From Ptychomitrium polyphyllum (Eukaryota): a DNA stretch of 64,000 nucleotides. Where the stretch lies: NCBI GenBank assembly GCA_973851085.1, contig OZ316775.1:7254001-7318000 (forward strand), in the 5' to 3' direction. The translations under genes and the position numbers were made by a program. Below are positions 38,901 to 52,400 of the stretch, in pieces. Within the stretch, counting starts at the first letter, position 1. Each line of letters opens with the position of its first letter. The notes beneath the pieces are model-generated. The model saw only the letters and a program-made list of their open reading frames with translations, was not told where the DNA came from and did not search any database.

Positions 38901-41875
38901 TGATATGGGCTTTGGCAGAGCACTTCGATCTTGAAGGACTCGATCCATTACTGGCTGATGATCCTGATGACCCTTTGAATGTTATCATTGATCACATGCG
39001 CAAAGTCCTGTTCAATCATGACTCTACAGCAACTTCTACGAATAGGTAATTTACATTCTTCCTGTATAAAATGACTATCTTATGTCTCCTTGACTTACTT
39101 CCGCGACTCGCACCTGTAGGATAATCTCAGATCTTTTCAACCCTACTCAAAATCTGCTTCCCCTGCAGGTTACAGGATGCACAGGCCTTGTTGCTTTGTG
39201 CTGAGCACTTAGGTTCAAGGAATCTGCGAGGAGGTCAACTATTGGCAAGAGAACTTGAGGAATTCAGGAACAGCACTCTAGCTGATTCTGTGCTCAAGCA
39301 CCAGTGCCATCTTGTACTGAAGAAGTTCAAATATATTGCCAAGCATCAGGATTCTAAGTAATTCTACTTATTGTTTCGCAGGATGTCTTTTAGAATGCAA
39401 GAAATCGAGATCTGCTGGATGATGGTTGTCATTTAGTTGCAGCAGAGGCATCTGTGTATGGCCTTTTGTCTGGTTTTATGTGGGCTCTTTTTTTTCCCGT
39501 TTAACTGGTACACTCTGTTTTAGACCGAAGTACTCTTTGAATATGTAAGATATGTTGCTAATTTTCATGCTAGAGCTATTATGCTCAGTCGCTATCATTT
39601 TATACAATCTGGTGTTTGGAACTAGTGTATTGAGCTTACTGTTACAACTACTTAGACAACATCATTTTTTTTGAAGATGGGTAGGAAATTCAGGTGCCAC
39701 CGGCGATTATCCTTTTACACATCACAAGCTGTCAGCACAATACTTCGACAACTCAGCAGCTCAGGACCGTAAGCTAGAAGATCTTGTCCACACTGCTGTC
39801 GAGGAGCTTTGGAGACCTGCACGGAGTGAGTTGAGCTTAGCGACCTCTGGATTTTCTTACTTGAAGGCTCCACCAATACCCATTAGTTTATCCGGCAGTA
39901 GTGATCCTTGCTTCGTGGAGGCTTACCATCTGATTGATGCGCATGAGAATCGGCTCACCCTGCATCTGAAGGTAATAAAAGTTCAACAGGAAGTTAACCA
40001 AATTCAAATTTAAGATTGATGGAATTGGGTCCTGTGGAATACCAGGCGCTAGAGAATTGAGCAAGGAAACTCATTGTGGCCTGTTCAGATTGTCAATATG
40101 ACTGAGCAAGAACTCAAACGAGTGGATGTGCGAGTTGGTTTAATTGGCGCGCTTCGATTTATGGATGGGTCTCCACAGGGTGTCCGACAACTTCAGCAAC
40201 TCCGTTCCCAGGTAGCTCTTGCACGTATCCATTATTGACTTGGGTTTCAAATCTTGCGAGGATTTTGAAGTTGCTAGAAATCTAAGGTGATACTTGGTGT
40301 TCCTTACTGGAAAGTTATTGGAATGAGCAAGGAATTCTGAAGGAATTTTCTTCTACAATGTTCTACTGTAGTACCTAGGGGTCAGGACGTCATGGTAGTG
40401 TGGATTGTAGTGTATTTGAGAGTGTGTTTACTGCATTGTACATCTTAATTACTCTTAAGCTGTGCTGAATAGCAGCAGGAATCTGTAGTTGTGCAATTCT
40501 CAACTGCTATTGTTTCTGCAGGAACCAGTTGCATGCAGTGTGACGGTCGGAATTTCGCGGTTTGAGCGCTGCTCCCTGTGTGTACAGCTTCTCTACTACC
40601 CGTTCTTTGGTGGGGTAGGACTGGCCACTGGAGAAGAGGCAGATGTCCCAGTGGAGGAAGGAACTCATGGTAGACTACGTAAAGTGGCTGCATCTGAGTA
40701 TGGAGAACCGGTGGTATTACGGTGTGGATCATACCGGCTACCTCTTATTGAAATTTTGCTTCCATATACTCTTTCACCTGTGGAATTCTTCAGGCTTTGG
40801 CCAAGTCTGCCTGCTATAGCAGAATTTACTGGAGGTTATGCCTATGAGGGTGAAGGATCTAAATCAGCAACAACTATGTCTGGGGGGTATCTAGAACCCG
40901 CAGTATTACCAATCCTTACTGGACTGAAATCTCTATCTTCTAAACCATTTCATAAAGTGTGCTCCCATGTTTTGCGCACCGTAGCAGGATTCCAGGTAAG
41001 CTTTCTAGATGGACCCAACAGTTTGGGTGCCTTCAGGAGATTAGTTTGAGGTTTTGGAGTGGTAATCGTTACAAGTGATATTGTTACTTCTGCTTTCAAA
41101 CTCTGAACAGAGAAAACATCATGATGCAATTCTGTATTCATTTCTACATGTCGTGCATCTTGAACTTCAGACTGATTGGTAAAACGATTTCGTGTGCAGA
41201 TTTGTTATGCAGCCAAGACGTGGTATGGAGACTTGGTATACATGATGATATTTGGCGTCAGTGAAGTCAGTGGGGATGTAGACCTTGGGGAAGAGACAAG
41301 GACAATGGTGTGCAAATTTGTGATAAGGTCATCATCGGGCACATTGGTGGATGAAATCACTGCTGATGTTCAGAGCTGGCTTGATGACCTAACAGATTGT
41401 GCTATCAGAGTAGTCTCTGATGAGGAAGTACAGGTTAGTATCCAATTTACAAGTGCTCTAGTTTCTTTATGTCATGAGAGGAGGCTTCAGGTTTCTCTTG
41501 ATTGGGTTATGTCTTGCTCAATGGATACGTTGTTAGGTCCACAGCATGATTTCGCTATTTACATTTTCTGGGCTTTGAGTTTCTTAGTGTAGTGATCCAT
41601 GTGTACTACTACGATGTCGTTTGCAACAGGCTGCAGCTGCAGAGAAACTAAAGAGACTGATTGAGCTCTTAGCAATCATTCGAGCCAAGCCAAAAGAGTC
41701 AGAGCCTGAACCGGAGCCTGAAGAAGAAGATGATAGCTTGCTACCAGGTCTCGAAACAAAACCAAAGAAGAGAGCATCCACTCTTCTTCCGCCCTCTCCT
41801 GAGGAAATGGAGCACCGTGCATTGCAAGCTGCTGTTCTTCATGAATGGCAGATCTTCCGTCAGCAAACTGTGTAA
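35979..41875 (+). CDS. TPLATE: TPLATE, core subunit of the TPLATE/TSET endocytic adaptor complex; multi-exon
   Basis: N-terminus MDHVFAGIRLELASND..RQ..ALL.ALQ..A.G.DIS...ASPASAVCKKLAFDL. Internal motifs GGKPEWAS..I.ALLTLWDRQEFS, DRMHALACICRTALCV, GRTYAMDCYLKLLVRLCHIYD and LSGSSDPCFVEAYH. C-terminus EHRALQAAVLHEW. All match the TPLATE sequence as I recall it. Confidence 0.96.
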
Positions 41876-42938
41876 AGTAGATTTCTCACTGGTTTTCAAC
41901 TGTATTGAATTAATAGTAGCTTAATTGTAAATTCAGTTCATACTGTAATGTATTGCAATGTCCTAAGAGCGTATTTCCATGTACAAGATCAAACAGTTAC
42001 TGATGTATACATCCCATACGTAGTAAGGTCGGTGGTGCTATTTGAGGTTGAAATTGAAAGGCTGTTGACCTTATCAATTTAGTTCTAGATGCAGGATTTT
42101 TTGAAGCAATAATAACATCCAAACTGTGATTACATAGTGTGACGTAGAGAGTAACCAAAGAGGTAGCCCCTGAACGACTGAGTTTGAACTATTTAATCTT
42201 GAGAGCCACCTATGTTGTAAGAGCGTCTTTTTATGTAACTATCACCACATCAATTCACATGGAATTTAATGAGAATAAAGTAGAGAATTCTTTTATATTC
42301 TCAATACTTGGTGGTTACATTGATCTAGCACCTAATGAGAGTCGGTCCTTCGTCACTGAAAGTCACAAAAGCACGAGACTGAGTATTAAAGTGAAGGGAG
42401 GTTGTATGGGTACTGCAATAAAATTTCGTTTTAAGGTAAAGTGGTTTGAATCTGTTAACTTAAACTTTTTGGGATGTGTGGTGGTAACATAAGGAACATG
42501 CTATTATTCTTTGGTAGAGAAATAGAAAAATAAAGATCTATGAAAATACAAATTTTTTGTACTTTTGTCTCAAATAATCATATTATTTAAAAGTTTTAAA
42601 ATAACAAGGTTTTAAAGTGTCCCTTAGGTTCTTGATTAATATATAGGTTGCTTCCAAATTTATAATTGTTGATTCTTGAAATAGCTCAAAATAAATCAAT
42701 AGTAAGAAGATGTACTAGTATTAGATTACATGAACAATTAAAATTGTAATCTACAATATGTGTTGGTTTTGAAAAATCTATAAGTTAGTTTTCAAACTTG
42801 TAGGGATTAGCTTTTAAAACCCAAGTACCATTAAAAACCCTTTAAAAATACTCTGAAGAGATGCCTCCACAATGCTGCCCTACACATTACACAGCCTTAA
42901 TGATGGAGTTTTAAGATTATTTGTAGGAGCATGTCCAC

Positions 42939-42985
42939 TTCCACCATGCACAGATATCCATTTCCACCATGCACAGATATCCATT
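42939..42985. repeat. Short tandem duplication (23 bp x2)
   Basis: TTCCACCATGCACAGATATCCAT is repeated directly. Confidence 0.85.
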
Positions 42986-45900
42986 TGTGTATGTTGTCCA
43001 CTGCCAAGAATGTTCTTCTCTTTGTTTACTTATTCTCAACATGGGCTCCTACAGCCCTACTGTTCTTGGAAATTGTCCAGTATTTGGTATCCTCCAAAAG
43101 TAAACAGATAACCATCAATTTCCATAAACCATGAACAATGTGACCAAATCAACTTCTACATCCACCACATAAGAAAGGAAAGTGAGCGACTTGGCAAACT
43201 CTTGTATACAAAGCAACCAAATGGAACTTCAAGGGCCAAAACCACAGTAGAAGGAAGTCTACAGAATCGAACACAGTCCATTGTACAATAATATGTAACA
43301 TTTTAAAATGTAAAATCTTCTAGATACAGCTCAAAAGGAATGTCGGTGGCACTGGACTTCTAAGATCCTAGACCATACTTGTATTTGTATGTGGATTTAA
43401 TATTGTACGGTTCCAATAGAGCTTAAGACACACAGATCGGTTCACATACGGAGAAAATACAGTATCTTTAAAGCTCCCAAAGTGCTAATGCAGGCCTCGG
43501 CGGTTTATACGCTAGTCAGCTTCATACGTGCATGTGATTCTGTTGTATCTGGAAAAAAGTATTCAGAGAAAGCTTATGTTCGAAGTCAGACCTGTGTATT
43601 TTTCAAAGTCGTATATTAGACCAGGGGTATGGATACGTACGGCATTATGCCCTTATTTGGTGCATGATTATTTATCGGATCCAGCGAGGAATTGTCTTTC
43701 CTAACCTGAGGTCAACGATGTGCACGACCTACCTTTTGATATATTCTTTTGGAATGAAATCCGATACTTTAGAAATTAGTTCTTTTGAAACCATGCATCA
43801 GAAGTCCTGTGGTGTAGAAATTGCCATTTGCCTGATCTCAAGATGCCTGCATATGTTAACTCTCAACATAAAAAAGAGAAACTAGAAACAAAACGCTTAC
43901 AGATACTGCACTGCAAGTTTGGCAATGTCTTTAAGTCTAGAAAATAACAGCCTTGAAGGGCTTGTGGTTGCCAATCTGCCTATCTACCACACTCCCAACC
44001 ATGGAAAAAAAAATGATCTCATTTCAATAGTTCTAACAATCTGTTGTGTAATAAGTTCAAGTTCATCAACTGTAGTGGCCTCCACGTCTCAAAGGCAAAA
44101 GCCTAGAGGGTCCAGTTCTTTGGACAAATCAAGATACACAATAATTCTGCTTCCAAACACCCGGTACTGTACCATTGTACTGAATTCTCTGTATTTCCAC
44201 TTTTGTCAAGCAGAATGAACTGTATTCAAAGCAATGTACTACATTTCCTTTTGTGGATGATATTAAAGATCAAACTCCAAGCCTGCCAATGACAGAAATT
44301 CTGCCACACAATTGCAAGTACTTAGAAATTCTCATTAACCATTGGGGCTTGATACAACTGGCATTCAATGCAGGAAGTAGAGGAAGTGCGCGAGTGAACC
44401 AAATATCAGAACCACACCCATGTAGGTCCGGGAGTCTAACAACAAAAGCAATCAAACACTTAGCACTCCAACATGGTAGTACTTCAATCTTTCATGAGGT
44501 CCGCAGTCAGAGCAACCCAGACCTGAAAAATAATCTAGCTACCACCAATTGAATCCATGAGTACACATTGGTCCATGGTCATAGGGCATGCCACAGAGTC
44601 CCTCAAGCCCCCATGACCGTGCACAGTGTACTATTCCTAGAGCTGGATCTGAGTCCCAAAATGGAAAGGAAAAGTTAAGCAGCACCGTTTAGAAAAATTT
44701 GACGGCAGTGCATGCTTGGCTAATTTATTCAACAAGGTCGTAGAAATGGCATATTCGCAAATAACGGATTGTGCCATTAAAGAGGGGGCCTCGTGGCAGC
44801 TGGTGACAGGGCCAAGAAAATGGGGGGGCTAATTGGAGGCCTGGACCGCTTATGACATTCCCCGCTGCAGGTGCAAGGAACCCATATTTGGAGTCCAAAC
44901 AGAATAGCTTAACTATTTGGTTATTCCAGTACAGCGCCTCATCCAGGCCACCTCCTTCTGTCGGCTCAGTATCACCATCCCATTATTATTCTTTACCCCA
45001 CTGAACGAATGCTTTCTTTAGACCCTTCCTGAAGCTTCACACTCTCCCGCTGCACTCCAATCTCGGAGGGCCATTTTACAGCTTGGCTTAGTGCACCCAT
45101 TTCTACCATGAGTTTATTTTACAATTGAAAATTTAACTAAAAAGGAAGTTGCACCAATTATGTCACTTCATCTTCCTTGTTTTGAGCTTCATTGTTCATT
45201 TATACCATCATTTATATATAACAAAGAAGGAGCATTAACAATTTTTTAGTATAACTAACAAAAAGAGGCTACATAGAAAATCCTAAATCCTAATCCTAAG
45301 TTTCCTCATTTTCCTATAACAGCACGTAACAAAAATAACATTTATAAAAGGTAGATTTACAAATAAGAGAGTATAGATCCTCTTAGATTATGTGATATTA
45401 AACATAAAACATTTGTAAATCTATTTTTTTGAAAGCACTAGAAAAACAACAATTAAGGCATAATAACATCTAAAGAGGTAACATTTAAAAAGAGTTAATT
45501 GTAACCATATTGGTCACTTAGGCCATTAAAACCTAATTAAATGTCTCAAATGCTTATTTTTAATCAATTTTTAGAATGCAATCTTCATCCAAATTGTCTT
45601 ATTCATTTTCTGGTTTATAAAATCATTTATATTTAATAAATATGCACATTAAATTTTTGTTATTTGTTAAAACTTAACAATAATTTGACCATCTGTAATT
45701 CCATATATTATTATTAAGTTTGACATTTCATCCATTTAATTTTATTATTATAAAAAAAATTCATTAAAGATATAGCACTAGCTATCTTGAATTGGATGGT
45801 TTATTTTAATAATACAATTTTTAACAAAATTTTGATTTTAATTAGTTTTAAATCTAATGTTAATATTTGTATTCTTGTTATTTTTTGTAAATTTGAACAA

Positions 45901-47179
45901 TTTATTTTAAAGTAGAAAGTCATTAACAAATAAGAAAGAAGGCATGTGGCAACAAATGCATGCATACATAAGTTTAAATTTACGACGTGGTAAACATAAT
46001 TCTTCATATCTTTAACTTAATTCATTTAAAAGAAATAAGTAAAAGTATAATTCTAGTGAAAGGTATTTAGATGTTCATGTGAAATCTTATTAATCATGAA
46101 CATCCTTTAAAAAGTTCTTATATGAGGGTGATAAAATTGAGAGAGAAAATCATTAATATTGCCTACAACAATAATATCTACTTTCCAATATATACTAACT
46201 TATACAATCACTACTAAAAGCAAAGCAAAGGTAAAGTTAAGTAACCTTTCAAAAAACCTTGCCAACATCTCAGCACTTTCCCACCCTTAAAAGACGCAAG
46301 GCAAGTAATAAAGAAGACATGTATCCCGTTTAACACTTTTTACATTATTTATTCAAAACAAAATTTAGTTTCAAAAGAAAATCCTAGGAGTACAGAAACT
46401 TTAGAAAATAATACCGAGGTGGTTGGCTACAAAGTGTGACTCTTGCCATTTGCTATTTTTCTTTTATGATGCCGTCTTTCCGTCTAGCGAAAATAGAAAG
46501 GACGCAGGTAAAGATGGACTAGTGCTGGCTGAGCTGGCCAGCTAAGCGACGTTTCTGTGTCACGCCGTCTTTTCAGCTCTCGAAGGTGGAGTGAGCAGCA
46601 ACAACACAATTGTGTCAAAGATGGTGAAACCGCAAGTTGACAAGCAATGCACAAGTGGACAACAGTGACTAAATTACTGAATGATTATGTGCCTATACAT
46701 GTTCTGGCCTGGTGGCCCCACTCTCGACTGTTGTGTTGTGAAGCACTTGCTGCTCATGCCGGGCCTCTGCAGTGGGTCCCACATATCCGTCTTTGAAACT
46801 CTCCACACAGATAGGAGGTCACAAGTGGCATGGCAGCTCCACATCCGGACCCAAGGATTGCCACGGAAGCAATCCAGCTTGATCAAGGAGCGTGAGTCCA
46901 GCCAGCATCTGTCTTCTAGTTTCTCCATAGTTTCAGCCCCTGTGAACCAGCATCGGTATCGGTAGACTGGTGTTTGTGCCATGCGCAGGCCATTTCGAGC
47001 CTGTGCCTGTTTGTCCATTTGCTTGATCTTGGTAGGATCTTGCAAAGGCTTGAGAATTCTTCCTCCAGGAGGATGATGCCTTAATGATTTTGAGAGACAC
47101 AAATTGCCCTCTTCCTCCATGATTGTAGGAACACTTGTAATCAACTAGATTCCAAATATGCCCCATATGTTCAAATATA

Positions 47180-47186
47180 ATGTATG

Positions 47187-47219
<33 letters not shown>

Positions 47220-47222
47220 GTG
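47180..47222. repeat. (TATG)n microsatellite
   Basis: Run of TATG units with one TATA interruption. Confidence 0.9.
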
Positions 47223-49354
47223 TATAATAGAGTGCATCATTGAAGGTTTCATTTACTAAATTCATTAAAGGTACATAAAAAATATCATTTTTGTAGAAAT
47301 ATAGTTTCATTTCATTTCATTTACTTAAAAAGGTAACTTGTTGTTTCTATCGATTCACACAAAATGTATTCAATTGTGTTATATACTATTCTAAGTTTGA
47401 AGAATAGTGAATATTTCTATATAAAATAAGGAAGTTGCATACATTTAATTCCTTGTTATTGGAAGATCTTAAAATTTGACAATTAGGAAAGAGGCATTAC
47501 AAATTTAACTTCAATGCTTATTTTGATAGGTATGTTGAAACAAATTATGTAAATTACATCTGTTTATTCCAACCTATGTTTCTTCTACTGCATTTACTCA
47601 TTCTATCAATAATGTTCTTGAATAAAATTTTAATCTAAACTTAATTGTTCTTTTTGAAATTTTAATCCTTAAAGAAAATCTAACTTCAATTGCACATTCT
47701 TTACTGGACTCCAATTAGGAAGTTCTCAATATAAAAAACTTTTGGAATTTCAAAGTGACCGAAATTACAAAAAAAATAAAATTAAGTATTAGTAATCAAA
47801 CAAAGACTCATGATTTCTGGTGTGACGTACTCACTGCTTATGAAATATTTATACAAACTTGATGAGGAAATCTAAACCATTCCAAGCTGAGTTGAATCCA
47901 CAACTAAACCATCTATTGTTCACGCCACAGTGAGATAAAAATTACCTCTCGTACCGAAAGTAAAAATGAAAAATGCAGTCAATGCTCCTGCGAGTCAATA
48001 CATGGGAGTGACTGACAGAAATGGAAATAAAGAATGGAAATGGTAACCGTGGGAGGGATTTCTATATATAATGGAATGTCAAGGTGATAATTTGCATTTG
48101 CAAGCGCCCCCACAAAAGAGGCCCCTGCAAGTTCAGCGCATCGCCACTCAGCATTTCTAGCATCTTTTGTAGCCATTTTGACTGCACTGCCAGCTCCTCG
48201 TCTCTCCATTGGACGGTAATTCGCACGTGATGCTGTGAGCCGGCGCATCTATAGCTTTCTATTCTATAAGAAAATGGTTACCACCACCTCAGTGCAAGTC
48301 AACTACATTTTGTTTTAGTAATAGTGCTTTTCTGCACACTGGTTTTCACTTGCATTACTTGTTCAAACCTTCGGATGATGATTTAATATCAGATTTACTT
48401 TTCAGTTTTTTATGCGTTGAAGCCAAAGAGACAGTTTCGTTTGGATTTTTTGGTTTTTTAATTCAGTCACTAAAATAATCAAATACACCACATCGAGAGA
48501 AACTGTGATTTGAAGGTGGATTCAATATTTTGAAATTGGAAAAATTGTCTAACATAAAAAGCAGACGTTTTTATTAAAAGCTGGATGGAATTCCTAGTTC
48601 AATACGGAAAGCTTAGGTTGTGCTGTGGTTGAAACAAAAAATTCATAGAACGGATCAAGTAACTGTAAATGAGTGAAGGGGGTTAAAAAGGAACTTATCC
48701 ATGGAAAAGAAAGCCATTTGCCAAAGTGCACCAGAAGGAGATTCAACAAGAGTGCTTCAAAGTCAATGAAAACTTGCTGTTATAACTGCATCACGTTCCG
48801 CATGAAAGCAAATTTCTTACTATCACAAGTATAACATAGGGTGACTGTAGTAAGAGCTTAAAAAGAGGAATAGTAACTTGGTAACTTTGTCAACCTTGTA
48901 GTTACCGGAGATGGAACACCCTATTAGCACCACAGTAGAGAATGCTTCTTATATTAAATATTGTATGAATTCCCAACAATTTTTGGTGAATAGGATAGGT
49001 AGATTTAATGCAACTAAAGATGTGTTTTATATATGAGTTATATATGGCATTTTACAATAGGTCAATATCACTTATTAAATGCACAATAATCTTGATCACA
49101 TTCAACAACCACCATACCACCATACATCAAGTTGTAAATTTTCCTTCTTCTCCATTAGCACCACTTTATTATCTCACTTGTGCTTAATCAATCCATTACT
49201 ACCATGGACAAGAATTCAATATTCAATGTTAATGATAATGCACATAAGGCTTTCTAGTATTTTGGTGATTGGTGGTAATGGGTGAAAGATCACAATGAGA
49301 TTGAGATCAGTATTTTCCTCTGCAATTGGGCAGGTTACAGGATCTTATAAAACC

Positions 49355-49401
49355 AAAAGAAAAGAAAAAGAAAAAAGAAAAAAGAAAAAAGAAAAAGAAA
49401 A
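49355..49401. repeat. A-rich simple repeat (GAAAAA)n
   Basis: Repeated GA4-6 units. Confidence 0.85.
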
Positions 49402-52400
49402 CATGACAATAATCAACAATGATCCATGCACAATACAATTTATCAAATGACTACAAAGTGCTGCAGCCCATGTGCTGCAGCTGCTATTCTGTCACAGATT
49501 TTCTTATACTGTTGTATCATTAATGGCTCCAGTAAATGGCAAGAAGGTAGGTGTGATTGGCCATAATGAACAATATCAGATGATTGGCAAACAATTGGCT
49601 TATGATGACTTTCTAAGCACTCCAAAACCTGCTGATGTTGTGCTGATGTTGGGCTAGAGGTGCACAGACTCTCAAAGCTGAAGCTGAATCCAAATGATAA
49701 ATTGGCAGATTGATCTGCCAAAGTGGGTATGATTTTCATTTTGGACTTCCTCCAGACCTGATGTCACGTGGCAAGTTGTGATGGGGCAGTGCTCTCATGC
49801 CTCACAATAGTGAACTCATGCATCTCAATTTCACATCAACGTATTGAGCTGTTCATCTTAGGAACATTCACTTGGGTTAGCATGCACACATAGTGTTTGA
49901 TCAAACCAAAGGTTGTATCTATGCAAGGTTGTGAGTTTAATGAAAATCATAGAAACTGGTACATACTGTCATGCTATACTCCATTTGTGTGTATTGTTGT
50001 CCCTCTCTGATATGACAATTTTGGGAAAGAAGAAAATTGTCATATAATCAAAATGTCATATTTTTACTTATACACCATTTAGGGCATTCAGTGTTGTATT
50101 ATTGAGATTTAAAAAATTTGACCAAAATAATTAGAGAAACATATTGCAATGGTTATAAAATATTGAAAATACACATTATATCTACCAAGATTTCCAATAC
50201 CGAGCTTATTAATGGCAATCAATTTAACCGTTGTACAAATCCTAGCTACCATCCTCAAAGCCTAACCATCACACAAACCCTAGTTGCCATGTTCTAGTTA
50301 TAGACTTTAGAAATTCTCATTAGGTTTTTTATTATAAATGAATGAAGTACCATATGTTTTTCAAATATTCATCATTTTAGATGAAATTCATTTACATTAA
50401 TTGCCTTGAATTAACAAGGTTATTCTACATTGGCTTCTTAATTTAATCCTTTAATGGGGAGATTGTCAATTTGACCTATATTATTAAATGAATTTTATTG
50501 TATTTAGAATAGTTTAAGACCTTCAATGAATCATAGGTCAAGAAGAAATTGAAATTCATATCAATGTAGTTCTAATGAGCTATTGGAATTCTAATTTGGA
50601 ACTTCTTGTTAACAAAAAAATGTAAAAAATAAGGTACAATGAAGGAATATTATAGCCTTTAAATACCTATTCTAGGATTATTTTTTAGTATCCTCATAAG
50701 TTTTAAACCCTCTTAATAAAGTTTTTTGGTGCAAATACTCAATAAAACAGGAAATTATATAGTAATGTCTTAAACATATACTATTGTAGGATTGCATTAG
50801 CAATTTTGAACCAAAGGCCTGTTGGTTTCAAGGCAATGGTAATTTTTTGGTTAAAAAGAATTGACTATTTCAGTTCTTGCATCCTGAAATTACATTGCAC
50901 CTAGTGAAATGGATGTTTACACTTTTTCAGTAGATTGAACTTCTTTTCTCTTTTAGAAAAATATCCTCTTACTTGTGATGCTACTGCAATTTTTTTGAAA
51001 ACATCACATGAAAAACAAACATGAGGGTTATTTAAAATAAATCCATTTTATCCTTCCATTTTCTCTCCTCCTAACTTCTCTTTTGCTTTATAATTGGGCA
51101 TTGTAATGCATTGCATTGAATGAATTGTACATTGTTTTCACATGGAGACATGAACTTAAAGCTCTCGTAGGAGGTATAACTTTTATGGAAGTGCATGCAA
51201 AATACTCACACGGCCTTGTTTTGGATTGTCTAACAACTTGATATAGACTATTTTTGGATTTATTTTTGCTTCAAAGGGAATTTTGCTATGAATTCTGCTA
51301 TGAGTTTGTCAAAAAACGTGGAATATGTTAATCCAGTATATTCATCATGATGCAAGGTCTTTCAGCTAATGAATGTTTGAACATTGGTTGCAAATACAAA
51401 TACAAGCACTGTAGCCAGATAATTGAAATGATTTACCTTACACAATTGCTCAGACCTAACAGGAGGTTCCTATCATGCCCCTGTCACAACTGACATCATC
51501 CCATGGACAAAAGCAGGGATACATATAATATCACTTATATTTTTACTACTTAGGAGTTAGTACAAATTGAAATATGAACTGCTACAAGTTAATTTTAAGA
51601 GTCAGAGTAATGGCTGATTTGGCACCAACATACTGCACAATTCAAGGGATCCAGCATGAGGTAGTACTTGTTCATTGATAAATTCAGTCATCAACATTCA
51701 CATGGGTGCATCTGCAGCCTATGATTTGATCACAATGTGCTTCCTGAATACCACCCAAGCTTCTGAATGATTAGAGTAAATGCAGTTGAATTCTATGATG
51801 GTGAGAAACAAAATACCCATGTGATGATTGATTTTCACGGTTCAATGCACATCTCAGAAATTCCCCATGCATGACCGCTATGTTGCGGGAATTATGAATT
51901 GCACAAAAAAGAGGTTCCATTCATACACAGCACACTCAAGTTAAAAGTCTAGAAACAGAGGACAAAACTAAAGTTTATTAAGATTCAACTACAAATTGAG
52001 GTAATGGACACTGTAATTAGGAGATTTAGAACGATAATGTACAAACATAGCCTATGCCACTGTCCAGGAAAGAGTAAAAGTGAAATCAAGGTATTTCTCT
52101 TGTCCAGGACGAGTACAAAATCCCAAAACTAGAGGGCAGGTCTCACCCTATGCATTTTGAGGTAGACTTGGAATCATGATCTTCATCATGAGGGTTTACA
52201 GGTGCTGCCACCTCAGTAGGTGCTTGCTTGGACACCCACAGTTTTTGGTGGGCTCACAGTGATTCTGGCACACCCACTTGGTGTTGAAAACTCCTTGACA
52301 GCCACCCTAAGGTGAATTTGGTAGCCCCTTACACTGAGCTCTAATTTAGTCTCTCTTTCCATCTAGTTATTTTCTTACGCAAAGGAAATCTCCTTTTATT

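Noticed and set aside
43919..43990. LSLENNSLEG resembling one plant LRR
   Set aside because: A single isolated match with no neighbouring LRR exons; compatible with chance.
49472..49657. GKKVGVIG resembling a Rossmann-fold start
   Set aside because: Lacks the GxGxxG glycines and any continuing dehydrogenase sequence.
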